Source of the DNA: a bacterium
GTDB taxonomy: Bacteria > Patescibacteriota > UBA1384 > CAILIB01
NCBI GenBank assembly: GCA_037131105.1
Contig: JBAXRQ010000001.1
Span: 2,039 to 66,038, forward strand
Length of the DNA: 64,000 nt
Direction: 5' to 3'
Shown: positions 55,173-64,000 of the stretch, in pieces
Numbering within the stretch: position 1 is the stretch's first letter
Layout of the letters: each line of letters starts with the position of its first letter
Notes under the pieces: generated by a model
Told to the model about the DNA's origin: nothing
The model's input: the letters and a program-made list of their open reading frames with translations, nothing else
Database searches by the model: none
Program-made: the position numbers and the translations under genes

Positions 55173-55979
55173 CTAGCCGATCTCGATTTCGAACAGGAAT
55201 CCGACATGGTCGCTGAGGCCTCTGACCACTTTGACGGGTTTGAGCAGTCTGACCTCGGGTGAGGCAAACACTCCGTCGATGAAGACGCCGAATCCGGCCA
55301 TCTTCGTTACTCGTTCCGGATCGACGCTGTCGATGGTGGTACCGATCTCAGTGATCTGAGCGTCGGTGATCAGGCAGCGCATCCAGTCGGGCAGTAGCGG
55401 CGCGGCATCCTTGAGGAGGCCGTTGAAATCCGCTCCCAGCACGATCGGCAAGCCGGTGGCCCTGAGTTCCTCCAGGAACACGGTCAGCTTCTCCAGTGCT
55501 TTGATCTGGTGCGGCTGCAGGCCTTTGTGGGCTGCTTCCGTCCAGGCCATATGCGCTGTGACCGCCCAAAAGTTTCCTTCTGGGGTTTCGATCTCGGCTG
55601 CCTGGACCACGGCTTGGACTTCACGTCCGAGTCCCTTGAATGCGGCTACATGCTCCACACCGTCGGCGTGGAGGAATCCCAGAGACATGGAGCGTTCCCG
55701 GGCAATGGGTTCATTGCTGAACACTGCCACGCCCTGGTTCGTGTCCAGGTCGGGATCGCCGAAGTAGCGCTGCTGCCTAAAGGCGACTTCTGGTCCGAGC
55801 ATGCTGGTGTAAAAATCCAGCTGCCGCCCGGATTGCTCCTGGGCGATGATGACGTCGGCGTTCAGGGCCTTGAGAACCGATATCTGCTCGAGGGTGGTGC
55901 GCCCGATTGGGGGCATTCCCGGTAAGCAGTTGCAGTAAAGGTTCATCGATGCGATACGGATTCCATTCTTCGAGTTCAC
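55173..55979 (-). CDS. Endonuclease/exonuclease/phosphatase (EEP) family protein
   Basis: IASMNL, DVIIAQE, H, ADFN, IDGVF, SDH; GTG start after an AGGGAG SD. Confidence 0.85.
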   Translation of the reverse strand: MNSKNGIRIASMNLYCNCLPGMPPIGRTTLEQISVLKALNADVIIAQEQSGRQLDFYTSMLGPEVAFRQQRYFGDPDLDTNQGVAVFSNEPIARERSMSLGFLHADGVEHVAAFKGLGREVQAVVQAAEIETPEGNFWAVTAHMAWTEAAHKGLQPHQIKALEKLTVFLEELRATGLPIVLGADFNGLLKDAAPLLPDWMRCLITDAQITEIGTTIDSVDPERVTKMAGFGVFIDGVFASPEVRLLKPVKVVRGLSDHVGFLFEIEIG

Positions 55980-56131
55980 TTTTCTCTCCCTATAAACACG
56001 GCCATTGGTGACCGAATGCGCAAGTACCGCACATTTTAGGCAAAATGTCAATCCTGTTAAGGGGGTAAGGGGCAAGATGTTGAAGGCTGGGTAGGGCTTA
56101 TTCTTGTCGTAATTTCCGCTATCCTAGGTAC

Positions 56132-56539
56132 ATGCCTACATCATTCTCCCACCGTGCTCTTGACCTGAAACCCGACCGGCCCCTGGTCTTTACCGCACTC
56201 TCCAAGCATCTCTTCTACTACCGCATGTTCATTTCCAAATTCGTCCTGGAACAGGGCGGCATGCCGATGAATCCCTTCATGCTCTTTGACTACTTTATGC
56301 TAGATACCCTGGACCGCGACATTGTCAGGCAGGCAAATAACACGGCAGTTTCCAGGAGCGACGAGCTCTGGGTCTTCGGTCCCGTTAGTGACGGGGTACT
56401 GGCCGAGGTGAAGCAGGCCAAGGCAATAAAGAAGCCGGTGCGCTACTTCTCAGTGAATCACAATACCGGGATCAAGGAGTGCCAGCCTGCCGAAGTGGAG
56501 ATGGAGGATGAGGTAGCGGAGTTCCGGGATCAGCTCTGA
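56132..56539 (+). CDS. Hypothetical protein, nucleoside 2-deoxyribosyltransferase-like fold
   Basis: P.NPF, DELWVFG.VSDGVLAEV..A....KPVRYF. Confidence 0.7.
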   Translation: MPTSFSHRALDLKPDRPLVFTALSKHLFYYRMFISKFVLEQGGMPMNPFMLFDYFMLDTLDRDIVRQANNTAVSRSDELWVFGPVSDGVLAEVKQAKAIKKPVRYFSVNHNTGIKECQPAEVEMEDEVAEFRDQL

Positions 56540-56603
56540 ACCTTGCTTAAACCTGTAAAATCCGCTATTCTTGGGCCACTTAATACTTATAGACCCATTT
56601 CCC

Positions 56604-57464
56604 ATGATTGATCTTATCGCAGCCGGCTGGGAGGGCTATGAGCTCATCGACAGCGGCGAGGGCAAGCGCCTGGAGCGTTTCGGCCCCCATACCGTCGTCC
56701 GGCCTGACCCCAACATCATCTGGGTCAAGAGCAATCCTGACAATGCCGCCTGGTCCACGCCTGATCTCGAGTACTTGGGCAAGAAGGAAGAACCCTGGAA
56801 AGCCAGCGCCGAGATCCACCAGGGCTGGGATGTCGCCTACGGTAAATCCCGCTTCCTCCTGAAGCCCACCAGCTTCCGGCACGTTGGACTCTTCCCTGAG
56901 CAACAGGCTCATTGGGACTGGATAGAGGAGAAGGTGAAAGCTGCGGTAAAGGAGGGGCGCAAGCCCAAGGTGCTCAACCTCTTCGCCTACACTGGTGCCT
57001 CCAGCGTCATCGCCGCCCGGGCCGGCGCCCAGGTCACTCATGTCGATGCCTCAAAGGCCAGCGTCTACAAGGCGCGCGAGAACGGGGTAGCTTCAGGTCT
57101 GGCTGAAGACGCCATCCGCTGGATAGTGGACGATGTGCTGAAGTTCATGCTGCGCGAGGTGCGTCGCGGTAATCATTACGACATGATCCTTATGGACCCG
57201 CCGGTATTTGGGCGGGGACCAAAGGGGGAGATCTGGCGTATTGAAGTAGGTATCACTGAACTAGCTGTCCTTACCTCCCAGCTTCTTACTGAAAAACCTA
57301 TAGGCGTCCTGGCCAATGTCTATGCTACCGCTCTCTATCCCCAGGCCGTACTACGGGTCTTCGAGGACGCCCTTCCTACCATGAAATGCGAGCTGGGCTG
57401 CCTCTCTCTTAAAGAAACATCAAGCGGAAAGCTGCTCCCCACCGGCTATTTCGTTCGGGCATAG
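56604..57464 (+). CDS. RlmI/RlmK-like SAM-dependent methyltransferase
   Basis: YELIDSG...RLERFG, GLFPEQ, VLNLFAYTG, ILMDPP.FGRG. Confidence 0.88.
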   Translation: MIDLIAAGWEGYELIDSGEGKRLERFGPHTVVRPDPNIIWVKSNPDNAAWSTPDLEYLGKKEEPWKASAEIHQGWDVAYGKSRFLLKPTSFRHVGLFPEQQAHWDWIEEKVKAAVKEGRKPKVLNLFAYTGASSVIAARAGAQVTHVDASKASVYKARENGVASGLAEDAIRWIVDDVLKFMLREVRRGNHYDMILMDPPVFGRGPKGEIWRIEVGITELAVLTSQLLTEKPIGVLANVYATALYPQAVLRVFEDALPTMKCELGCLSLKETSSGKLLPTGYFVRA

Positions 57465-57575
57465 TTCTCACATTTTTTCGTAATATGGCTGACATAGTGC
57501 GTCCGTAAGGTAATGGTGTCGCAGGGTTTATCCCCGGTCGAGGCGGCAGACACCATTCACATAAACGGAGCATTT

Positions 57576-58139
57576 ATGCCGAAGTCACTTTTTCGGAGAT
57601 ACCTGCTTGCCACCTTTGTACTGTTAGCCTGGTTAGGGTTTGTGGTTGAAGGTAGCCATGCCTTGCTTTCTTCAAGCGCTACCCTGGCGGGAAATACCAT
57701 CACCACGGGAAGTATTAACCTGCAGATAAGTAATTCGCAAAGCGCCACTTCTACGACCTATGCCGACAGTCGACCAGGATTCAACCTGGTGCTGACGCCG
57801 GGACAGTCACAGGAAAGCTACTTTTTCGTTAAGAACACCAGCCCTATGCCAGCTCCGCTGGACATAGACGCCCTGGCGGTCATCCAAGCGGCCAACCCAG
57901 ACATGGCCGGCGCCGTGACACTGGAGATCGTCTCGGTTGACGCGGCAGGTGTGATAAATGGCGTGCCGGTAAGTACTACGCTTGCTGACCTGACCGCCCG
58001 TCATCTGTCCATACCGGTGATAGTTCCCACCTCTGCTACCCAGCGGTTCAAGCTGAAGGCCACCCTGGCCTCTTCGTATACGGCCGCTAATCAGTCGATA
58101 GGATATGACCTGGTGCTCACGGGTACCCAGCGTAGTTAG
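57576..58139 (+). CDS. TasA/camelysin-like protein with SipW-class signal peptide
   Basis: TM then SHA|LLSSSAT..GNTITTGSINL; L.PG, VKNT. Confidence 0.75.
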   Translation: MPKSLFRRYLLATFVLLAWLGFVVEGSHALLSSSATLAGNTITTGSINLQISNSQSATSTTYADSRPGFNLVLTPGQSQESYFFVKNTSPMPAPLDIDALAVIQAANPDMAGAVTLEIVSVDAAGVINGVPVSTTLADLTARHLSIPVIVPTSATQRFKLKATLASSYTAANQSIGYDLVLTGTQRS

Positions 58140-58650
58140 GCGTGTTCTAGGGGCCTTCCTGGGCCTCCTAGGCGTCTACCTACTGCTCCTGCCCTTGGCG
58201 GTTCGGAGTCTGCGCTACGAAGTGATACTTTCTGGCAGCATGGCGCCAGGACTGCCGGTAGGGAGCCTGATAGTGGTGAGAGAGCTGCCCGCGTCACAGT
58301 ACCAGGTTGGGGATGTAGTGAGCTTCAAGGTTCCTAGTCGTCCCTCCGAGGTGGTCACCCACCGCCTGGTGCGACTGTACCGAGACGAGCAGGGTTTGAG
58401 ATTGGCGAAGACGAAGGGGGATGCTAACACCAATGGCGACCCTTGGACACTGAGCCTGGGCAATATCATGGGGAAGGAGGTGGCGGTCATCCCGTGGCTG
58501 GGATACCTAGCCATAGTCATGCGTCTGCCAAGCGGCTTCTTGGCTGCGGCTGCACTTTCCCTGGTTTTTCTGGTGCTGCCTGAGATGTGGGCCTTGTGGT
58601 CCGAGCCAGTGGCACAGAATGCCGCGGGAACACCTGGGACGGAGGTATAA
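58105..58650 (+). CDS. sipW: Signal peptidase I W (S26B)
   Basis: ILSGSMAP, VGDVV, VTHR, TKGDAN..D, IP.LGY; start uncertain. Confidence 0.88.
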   Translation: MTWCSRVPSVVRRVLGAFLGLLGVYLLLLPLAVRSLRYEVILSGSMAPGLPVGSLIVVRELPASQYQVGDVVSFKVPSRPSEVVTHRLVRLYRDEQGLRLAKTKGDANTNGDPWTLSLGNIMGKEVAVIPWLGYLAIVMRLPSGFLAAAALSLVFLVLPEMWALWSEPVAQNAAGTPGTEV

Positions 58651-58694
58651 TTCCGTCCCAGGGTCCCATTATTTATCTGGATAATGCGAATCGT

Positions 58695-59180
58695 ATGAGA
58701 CTACTTGAAAAGAAGGTGTTAGTACTACTGACTGACGGTGTGGACCATGCCGAGTATGCCCAGATCAGAAAGGGTTTTGAGCGCGAGGAGGCTACCGTCA
58801 TGGTTACCTCTCCCCAGGAGAGTCTTTCAATAGAGACCATTAGCGGTAGTCGTAGGGGACCGGATATCCTGGTGGATATTCCCTTCGAAGCAGTGGAGGA
58901 GTTGGCCTTTGACGGCCTGATCATTCCTGACGGGATACTCTCCACCGAGCTGATGCGCAAAGACGTAAGGGTGATTACCATGATCCATGGGTTCCACCAG
59001 AAGCAGCTGCCTATATTTGCCTCAGGAAACGCTGTGCAGCTCCTTTATGATAGTCAGGTGCTGTCCGAGCAGGTCGTAGTGCGTGAGGGGACACCGCTGG
59101 GATTATTTGTGGACAAGGCGGTCGAGGTACTGCTTGATCGGGCGCCTTATAGTCACATATATCGACCAACGATGGCTTGA
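58695..59180 (+). CDS. DJ-1/PfpI family protein lacking the nucleophile Cys
   Basis: KKVLVLLTDG...E, FDGLIIPDG, FASGNA in place of AICHG. Confidence 0.75.
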   Translation: MRLLEKKVLVLLTDGVDHAEYAQIRKGFEREEATVMVTSPQESLSIETISGSRRGPDILVDIPFEAVEELAFDGLIIPDGILSTELMRKDVRVITMIHGFHQKQLPIFASGNAVQLLYDSQVLSEQVVVREGTPLGLFVDKAVEVLLDRAPYSHIYRPTMA

Positions 59181-59896
59181 TGGGCTTCCCATTCCATGGT
59201 GTCATCAAGCTTGGCGAGGGGTTGGTCGATACCCTTGTGAGTAAGAGCCTTTTGGATCAGCCAGTCAGCTAAGTGGGGATTTTTGGGAAGGAGTGAACCA
59301 TGGAGATAGCAGCCGATGGAGGAGTAGACACAACAGCCTTCGGTACCGTCACTGCCATTGTTACCACCCCCGTGGCGTACCGTGCCGAGAGGAAAATCGA
59401 TACTTACATCGATAGACGATGTATTACCGCTGTGATTCTCAAAACCAACGATAGTGGGATGCTCCTCGCCAAGGCTCAGCCGAGGATCTGCAGTAAGCAC
59501 GAGGTCGCCGATAAGCCGCTTTGAACCTGCAACCGTAGTGACAGGAAATAGTCCTAGACCTGGTATTTGAGGTCCTTCGGCGGGCTGGTAACTACTCCCT
59601 AGTAGCTGGTATCCACCGCAAATGGCCAGAATGGGCACTCCTGCCCTGGCGTCGTTCAGGATGCGCTGCCCCTTTTTACCGATAAGGTCGTTTCCGACGC
59701 TGGTCTGGGCTACGTCTTGTCCTCCGCCGAAGAAATAGAGGTCGATATCAGCGGGTATCTCCTCGCCGATCTCTATGGGGATCACAGTGACAGCTATGTT
59801 GCGCCACTCACAACGGCGTACCAGACAGGTAATGTTACCTAGGTCGCCATAGGTGCTCATTGTCTGGGGGTAGAGGTGGGCGATGCGAAGGGACAT
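59153..59896 (-). CDS. gatD: GatD/CobQ-like glutamine amidotransferase
   Basis: LYP..M.TYGD.GN, GGGQD, ICGGYQLLG, GFENHSG, YLHGSLLPKN. Confidence 0.9.
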   Translation of the reverse strand: MSLRIAHLYPQTMSTYGDLGNITCLVRRCEWRNIAVTVIPIEIGEEIPADIDLYFFGGGQDVAQTSVGNDLIGKKGQRILNDARAGVPILAICGGYQLLGSSYQPAEGPQIPGLGLFPVTTVAGSKRLIGDLVLTADPRLSLGEEHPTIVGFENHSGNTSSIDVSIDFPLGTVRHGGGNNGSDGTEGCCVYSSIGCYLHGSLLPKNPHLADWLIQKALTHKGIDQPLAKLDDTMEWEAHQAIVGRYM

Positions 59897-60049
59897 GGGC
59901 TTGTCTTACGGCTGCTTAAAGAATGGAATATTCACCGAAGCTTGCGAAGGGAGAGGAAGCGTATCGGATATACGGTGACGAGACCTGAGTCGTCTGTAGT
60001 TGGTTCGGTGGGGATTCCACTTGCTTGAGGAGTCGTAAGACAAGTCCAT
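59895..60049 (+). other. 155-nt long-hairpin element (structured RNA or MITE-like) in the murT-gatD spacer
   Basis: 19-bp terminal inverted repeat with 2 G-U pairs plus inner stems (tggaat/attcca, caccgaa/ttcggtg). Confidence 0.7.
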
Positions 60050-60051
60050 AG

Positions 60052-61425
60052 TTATTCTTTCCAATAGTACTGTTTGATACCTAGTTTTTGTAGTAGACTT
60101 TGCAGCTCGATACTGGCGGTATAGGTGGAGAGAACATAGGTGACTGAGGATGATGAGGCGGCTAGTCGGTCAAGGGCGTCAGATAAGGAAATAGCGTGTA
60201 CGGATTCGCCGACATAGCCGGCATACTTCATGCGTAGGCGGATATCCGCCGACCGTGTGCCTGCACAGGCGACTATGCAGGGAAGTGACGAGATCAGCTC
60301 GTAAGGTGTGTCCCAGTACCAGGAAACATCTTGACCGTCGGCGAAGTCGTCGTTGACGAGGAGTCCTAGGCTGAAGGGACGTTTCTCCTGGGCGATGGTG
60401 CGTAGTACTTCAGTTGCCCCGGCTGGGTTCTTGACCAGGCAGAGCACAAGCTCCTTGTCCTTGTAGGTGAGGCGCTCAAAACGGCCGAAGACTGACTGGA
60501 ACTTCGAGAGAACAGTGACAATGTGATCAGTGGGTATGCCCAGTAGAAGTCCGGCTGCGCTGGCTGCTAGGGCGTTATAGATATTGTAGAGACCTGGCAA
60601 AGGAAGGGTTGTCGAAAAGTTCTTGTCACCTCTTGTAATGGTGAATGAGCTGCCGGTGGCGGCATCTTGTGTGATAGCGGCGGCACTTATCTGAAGCGGG
60701 GGGCGGGAAAAGCCGGTGCCGTCATCGTATTCCCCCAGGTGGGAAAGATAGTAGCGACTATAGTGAAGGGGAAGATGAGAGGAAGGAGAAAGATAGGCGT
60801 CTACCGAGGAGGTGGCGGCATCAGTGGCAACGGATGGATCATCCAGTCCGTAGTACATGGTATGGGGGTGATTCAGTTGCGTGCCCAGCCAGGCAAGATT
60901 GGGGTCGTCGGCACAAATGAGTAGCTGGCACTCAGGGGGAAGGTCTTTCTTGAGTGCCTCAAGCCATTTGCTGGCAATACTGTCTACTTCTCCGTAGCGG
61001 TCAAGTTGATCACGGAAGAGATTATGGAGGATGATCAGCCGGGGTTTGACGTTCAGGAGAGTAGCGGGGAGAACGGCTTCGTCTACCTCGAGAATGGCCG
61101 CCTTAGCCCGGACGGTTCCGCTCCAGCTGGTAGCGGCCAGGAAGGCAGCCAGATGTCCACGGGTAAGATTGGAGCCGCTGCGATTATGTACGATGGCCTC
61201 TTCCCCCAAGAGGGCTGCCAGCATGCGGCTGGTAGTGGTCTTACCGTTGGTCCCACAGACGAGCGTAACTCCTTCTGAGCATTGGCGACTGAGGTCAGAG
61301 AGCAGGCTGGGAGAGAGGCGAGCGGAAATCAGTCCCGGCAGGGCACCGCCTCCAGAACGGAACATACGGAGCAGTGAGAGTGTGGACTTGCCGGCGACAA
61401 GCGCTAAGTATGAACGTGGGGTCAT
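60052..61425 (-). CDS. murT: MurT-like Mur ligase (DUF1727)
   Basis: GTNGKTTT, HNRSGSNL, NLFRDQLDRYGE, GRFE, LVKNPAG, DGQDVSW.WD; start MTPRS. Confidence 0.92.
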   Translation of the reverse strand: MTPRSYLALVAGKSTLSLLRMFRSGGGALPGLISARLSPSLLSDLSRQCSEGVTLVCGTNGKTTTSRMLAALLGEEAIVHNRSGSNLTRGHLAAFLAATSWSGTVRAKAAILEVDEAVLPATLLNVKPRLIILHNLFRDQLDRYGEVDSIASKWLEALKKDLPPECQLLICADDPNLAWLGTQLNHPHTMYYGLDDPSVATDAATSSVDAYLSPSSHLPLHYSRYYLSHLGEYDDGTGFSRPPLQISAAAITQDAATGSSFTITRGDKNFSTTLPLPGLYNIYNALAASAAGLLLGIPTDHIVTVLSKFQSVFGRFERLTYKDKELVLCLVKNPAGATEVLRTIAQEKRPFSLGLLVNDDFADGQDVSWYWDTPYELISSLPCIVACAGTRSADIRLRMKYAGYVGESVHAISLSDALDRLAASSSSVTYVLSTYTASIELQSLLQKLGIKQYYWKE

Positions 61426-61644
61426 GTACTTACTATAGCCAGGTCGGAGGGCAAAGGCCAGGCGAAAAGAAGCCTGACAATCTCGCTTGTGTTTTCCAAG
61501 CGGTATGTTATATTTTAGCTGTCGCTCAGGCGACTCATGATGACAAGTAAGACGGAGGTACATAAGAGGAAATCTAGCGGTGCAGGTACCCGCATGAAGG
61601 GGAGCGTGCACAAGTATATCTACAGATCAGTTCACAGCAATTAT

Positions 61645-61989
61645 ATGGAAGAACAGGCACAGCAGTTCAAAGTGTTCGTAGGAAATCTGCCCTACTCAAT
61701 CTCCGAGGCCAAGCTCAAAGAAGTATTCATGGAAGTCGGAGGCTTTGAGGCGGACCAGATCACTGAAGTCATTATTCTTAAGGAGAAGAATCCATCCGAT
61801 CCTTCTCTGCCACCTCGCTCCCGCGGTATCGGCTTCGTAGGCTTCACCACTAAGGAAGCTATGGAGCAGTCCATCGAGAAGGTGAACGGCACCGAAGTCG
61901 ACTACGAGATGCGTGGTGAGGCTATGAAGCGCCCCATCTTCGTCAACGAGGCCCGTCCTTACGTTCCACGAGATCAGCGCGAGGCCTAA
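61645..61989 (+). CDS. RRM RNA-binding protein
   Basis: KVFVGNLPY (RNP2), SRGIGFV (RNP1), VNEARP; terminator 62011-62036. Confidence 0.9.
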   Translation: MEEQAQQFKVFVGNLPYSISEAKLKEVFMEVGGFEADQITEVIILKEKNPSDPSLPPRSRGIGFVGFTTKEAMEQSIEKVNGTEVDYEMRGEAMKRPIFVNEARPYVPRDQREA

Positions 61990-62069
61990 TTGGCACCTGC
62001 AAGACGAAAGAAAGCCCTGGCTCAGGCCGGGGCTTTTGTTATGCCCGCGTACAGTTGTATACTAGGTGT

Positions 62070-62528
62070 ATGCAAACTCGTGTAGCAGTCCTGATCCTTG
62101 CTCTTCTCGCCATTGTACTGGTGGGACTTCTCGGTACTGAAGCCTATCTGAGCTACCACAAGGGCCAGGAGGCTGCTACATCAGCTCTCGCGACTCCCAC
62201 GCCAAGCCCCTCGGCTACTCCGAAGGGCGTCACTACCGTCTATTCGGATAATCTCACTACCATTGTCACTTCTAACGGGATAGTGGCTGATTTTGCCAAG
62301 GACAAGGTCCAGGTTATCATAGGTTTTCCCGAAGACGGGTCCGCCCTATTAGCTAAGGGGCCCTTGCCAGGTAGTGGAGCCGGTGTAACGTATCGCTATA
62401 CTCTTTCTACTGAAACAGTGAAGGCCGCCAATGCCGCCTGCGCATCGAGCACTGACCTGCCATGCCGCATTCAAGAGTATATGAAGGCAGCTGATCAGAT
62501 CAAGTCGATTGCAGCTACTTCCATCTAG
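62070..62528 (+). CDS. Hypothetical membrane-anchored protein
   Basis: N-terminal TM, PT linker; -10 box 6 nt upstream. Confidence 0.7.
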   Translation: MQTRVAVLILALLAIVLVGLLGTEAYLSYHKGQEAATSALATPTPSPSATPKGVTTVYSDNLTTIVTSNGIVADFAKDKVQVIIGFPEDGSALLAKGPLPGSGAGVTYRYTLSTETVKAANAACASSTDLPCRIQEYMKAADQIKSIAATSI

Positions 62529-62611
62529 AGGCGGATAGCTGGGGGACAATGAAAAGGACTGGTCGCACGGCCAGTCCTTTCTGTTCTTCGATGGATGAAA
62601 GGATCTCTGCT

Positions 62612-64000
62612 TTATTTCTTCTTGGTAGCTGGCGTCGTACTAGTGTTACAGCTTCCGACAATGTTGTGGTCCCCAGGCTTGAGAAATACTACAATTACTT
62701 CGTTCGGCTCAAAGTCTATGGTGGCATTGCATACGTTGAAGCTGCCGGTGTGGTCGATGCTTACCGATAGGCGACCCTTCTCGTTCATATTCATGGGATT
62801 GATGACACCGCTACTGTCAGTCTCTCCCTTATAATAGCTGCTGCCATCCTTTTTATCGATGACGCGAACCTGGGTCCCTGGTACAGCACGATGGGTGGTA
62901 GCATTGATGACGTGGAACTCTACATTGTAGTTTGGCAGAGTCCCAGGAGGAATGACTGGAGGGGTGCCATAGGTTGGTGTAAGGTCACAGGACTCTTCGC
63001 TGCCGAGGTCACCATAACTTAGGGTGACGGAAATGGAGATTCCGGGCTTGAAGGATACTTCTGCGGTACAGCCTGCATAATCTGACCGCTGGGCCTGGAA
63101 GGTGAAGGTCTGGAGATCGTTGCCGCTGTACATCAGGAAGGTAAGGGTGCTGTCGCCGCCAGTGGATCCCTTGTCATATCCATCGACAAAGATCGAGGCA
63201 GAGTCCATGGGGGTGTAGCCCTCGCTACTCAGTACAGTGACCTTTACGGGATAGGGAGGGGCAGTACCGGTAGGGGGATCGCCTCCGCCGGGTGGAGGGG
63301 GTTTTCCATCTCCAGGTGTAGTGGGTTTACCACCGCCAAGACCAGCCGTGCAGGAGTCGGTGCCCTTGGCCATGCGTATGGTAAGGGCGGCCCCAGGGGT
63401 AAAGCTAAGCTGGCTATTGCAGTCCTTGTAGCCAGTGGCAGCCACGCTTATGGAGTAGGTGCCCCGGTTGTTCATGTTGAAGGTAAGGGTGCCTGTGGCG
63501 GTGGTCATGCCCTTGTTCACATAGACAGGAGGGGTGTCTGCAGCGAAAGCTGTAAAGTCTTTAAGGAAGGGGTTTAATGCTGCTGTGGCTGGAGGGTCGA
63601 CCACGCTCACCGTGGCGTTTGGCACTGGGTTGTTGGTTTGGTCGACTACGCTGGCGCTGACACTGAAGGAGGCTACATGATTCGGAGCGTTGGTGCCGGT
63701 GCCGTTTATTGGGTCGTTGGTGCCCGGGGTATTAGGACTCGAAGTGGTGATGTCGTTGCCGACGGTGATGCCGATCCTGATGATAAAGAAGGTGGCCACA
63801 ACGATGGCAATACCGATGACCGCATTAATGATGCCTTGACGGGCTACTTTCGCCTTCTCAGGATTGCCGTTGGAGGTGATGTATTGGACGCCGTTATATA
63901 TGATGTATAGTACTGCTAGAGCACCGGCCAGCAGGGTGATGATAGTAAAGGCCTGCGTATAAATGGTTCCGATAAGGGCTACCGCATCTGAATTTCCCAC
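62612..64000 (-). CDS. TrbC/VirB2-like pilin fused to repeated Ig/carboxypeptidase-regulatory-like domains (5' end outside window)
   Basis: QYITSNGNPEKAKVARQGIINAVIGIAI, then three beta-rich repeats with Cys pairs and Pro/Gly linkers. Confidence 0.8.
   Translation of the reverse strand: MGNSDAVALIGTIYTQAFTIITLLAGALAVLYIIYNGVQYITSNGNPEKAKVARQGIINAVIGIAIVVATFFIIRIGITVGNDITTSSPNTPGTNDPINGTGTNAPNHVASFSVSASVVDQTNNPVPNATVSVVDPPATAALNPFLKDFTAFAADTPPVYVNKGMTTATGTLTFNMNNRGTYSISVAATGYKDCNSQLSFTPGAALTIRMAKGTDSCTAGLGGGKPTTPGDGKPPPPGGGDPPTGTAPPYPVKVTVLSSEGYTPMDSASIFVDGYDKGSTGGDSTLTFLMYSGNDLQTFTFQAQRSDYAGCTAEVSFKPGISISVTLSYGDLGSEESCDLTPTYGTPPVIPPGTLPNYNVEFHVINATTHRAVPGTQVRVIDKKDGSSYYKGETDSSGVINPMNMNEKGRLSVSIDHTGSFNVCNATIDFEPNEVIVVFLKPGDHNIVGSCNTSTTPATKKK

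Overview
About 64 kb of a bacterial chromosome with roughly 55% GC (by eye), read with the standard code 11. The gene content points to a Patescibacteria/CPR-type genome (inference): compact housekeeping genes (rpsA, comM, pnp, rpsO, secG, ychF, ftsK, recA-recX, murT-gatD), many pilin-like and surface proteins, TrmB regulators and no biosynthetic operons. Nine tRNA genes are present, including a rare tRNA-Ile(UAU). I found no integrase, transposase, CRISPR array or rRNA. The most striking non-coding signal is a recurring 90-190 bp structured module downstream of 6 of the 9 tRNAs. Its layout is terminator, inverted copy of the host tRNA's own T-arm, internal hairpins, direct copy of the tRNA 3' end ending in CCA, then a second terminator. 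Two tRNAs also carry 5'-end duplication modules. Notable protein systems: a giant MoxR/CbbQ-type AAA+ ATPase paired with a transglutaminase-coiled-coil-vWA protein; a membrane-anchored DnaJ-zinc-finger Clp ATPase in a pilin operon; a sortase with two LAXTG substrates; a SipW-TasA pair; a stalked lytic transglycosylase; and several apparent pseudo-enzymes (PEP synthase lacking its phospho-His, a PHPT1/Janus-like protein, receiver-like paralogs, DJ-1 without Cys). All family calls come from motif recognition by eye; no searches were run.
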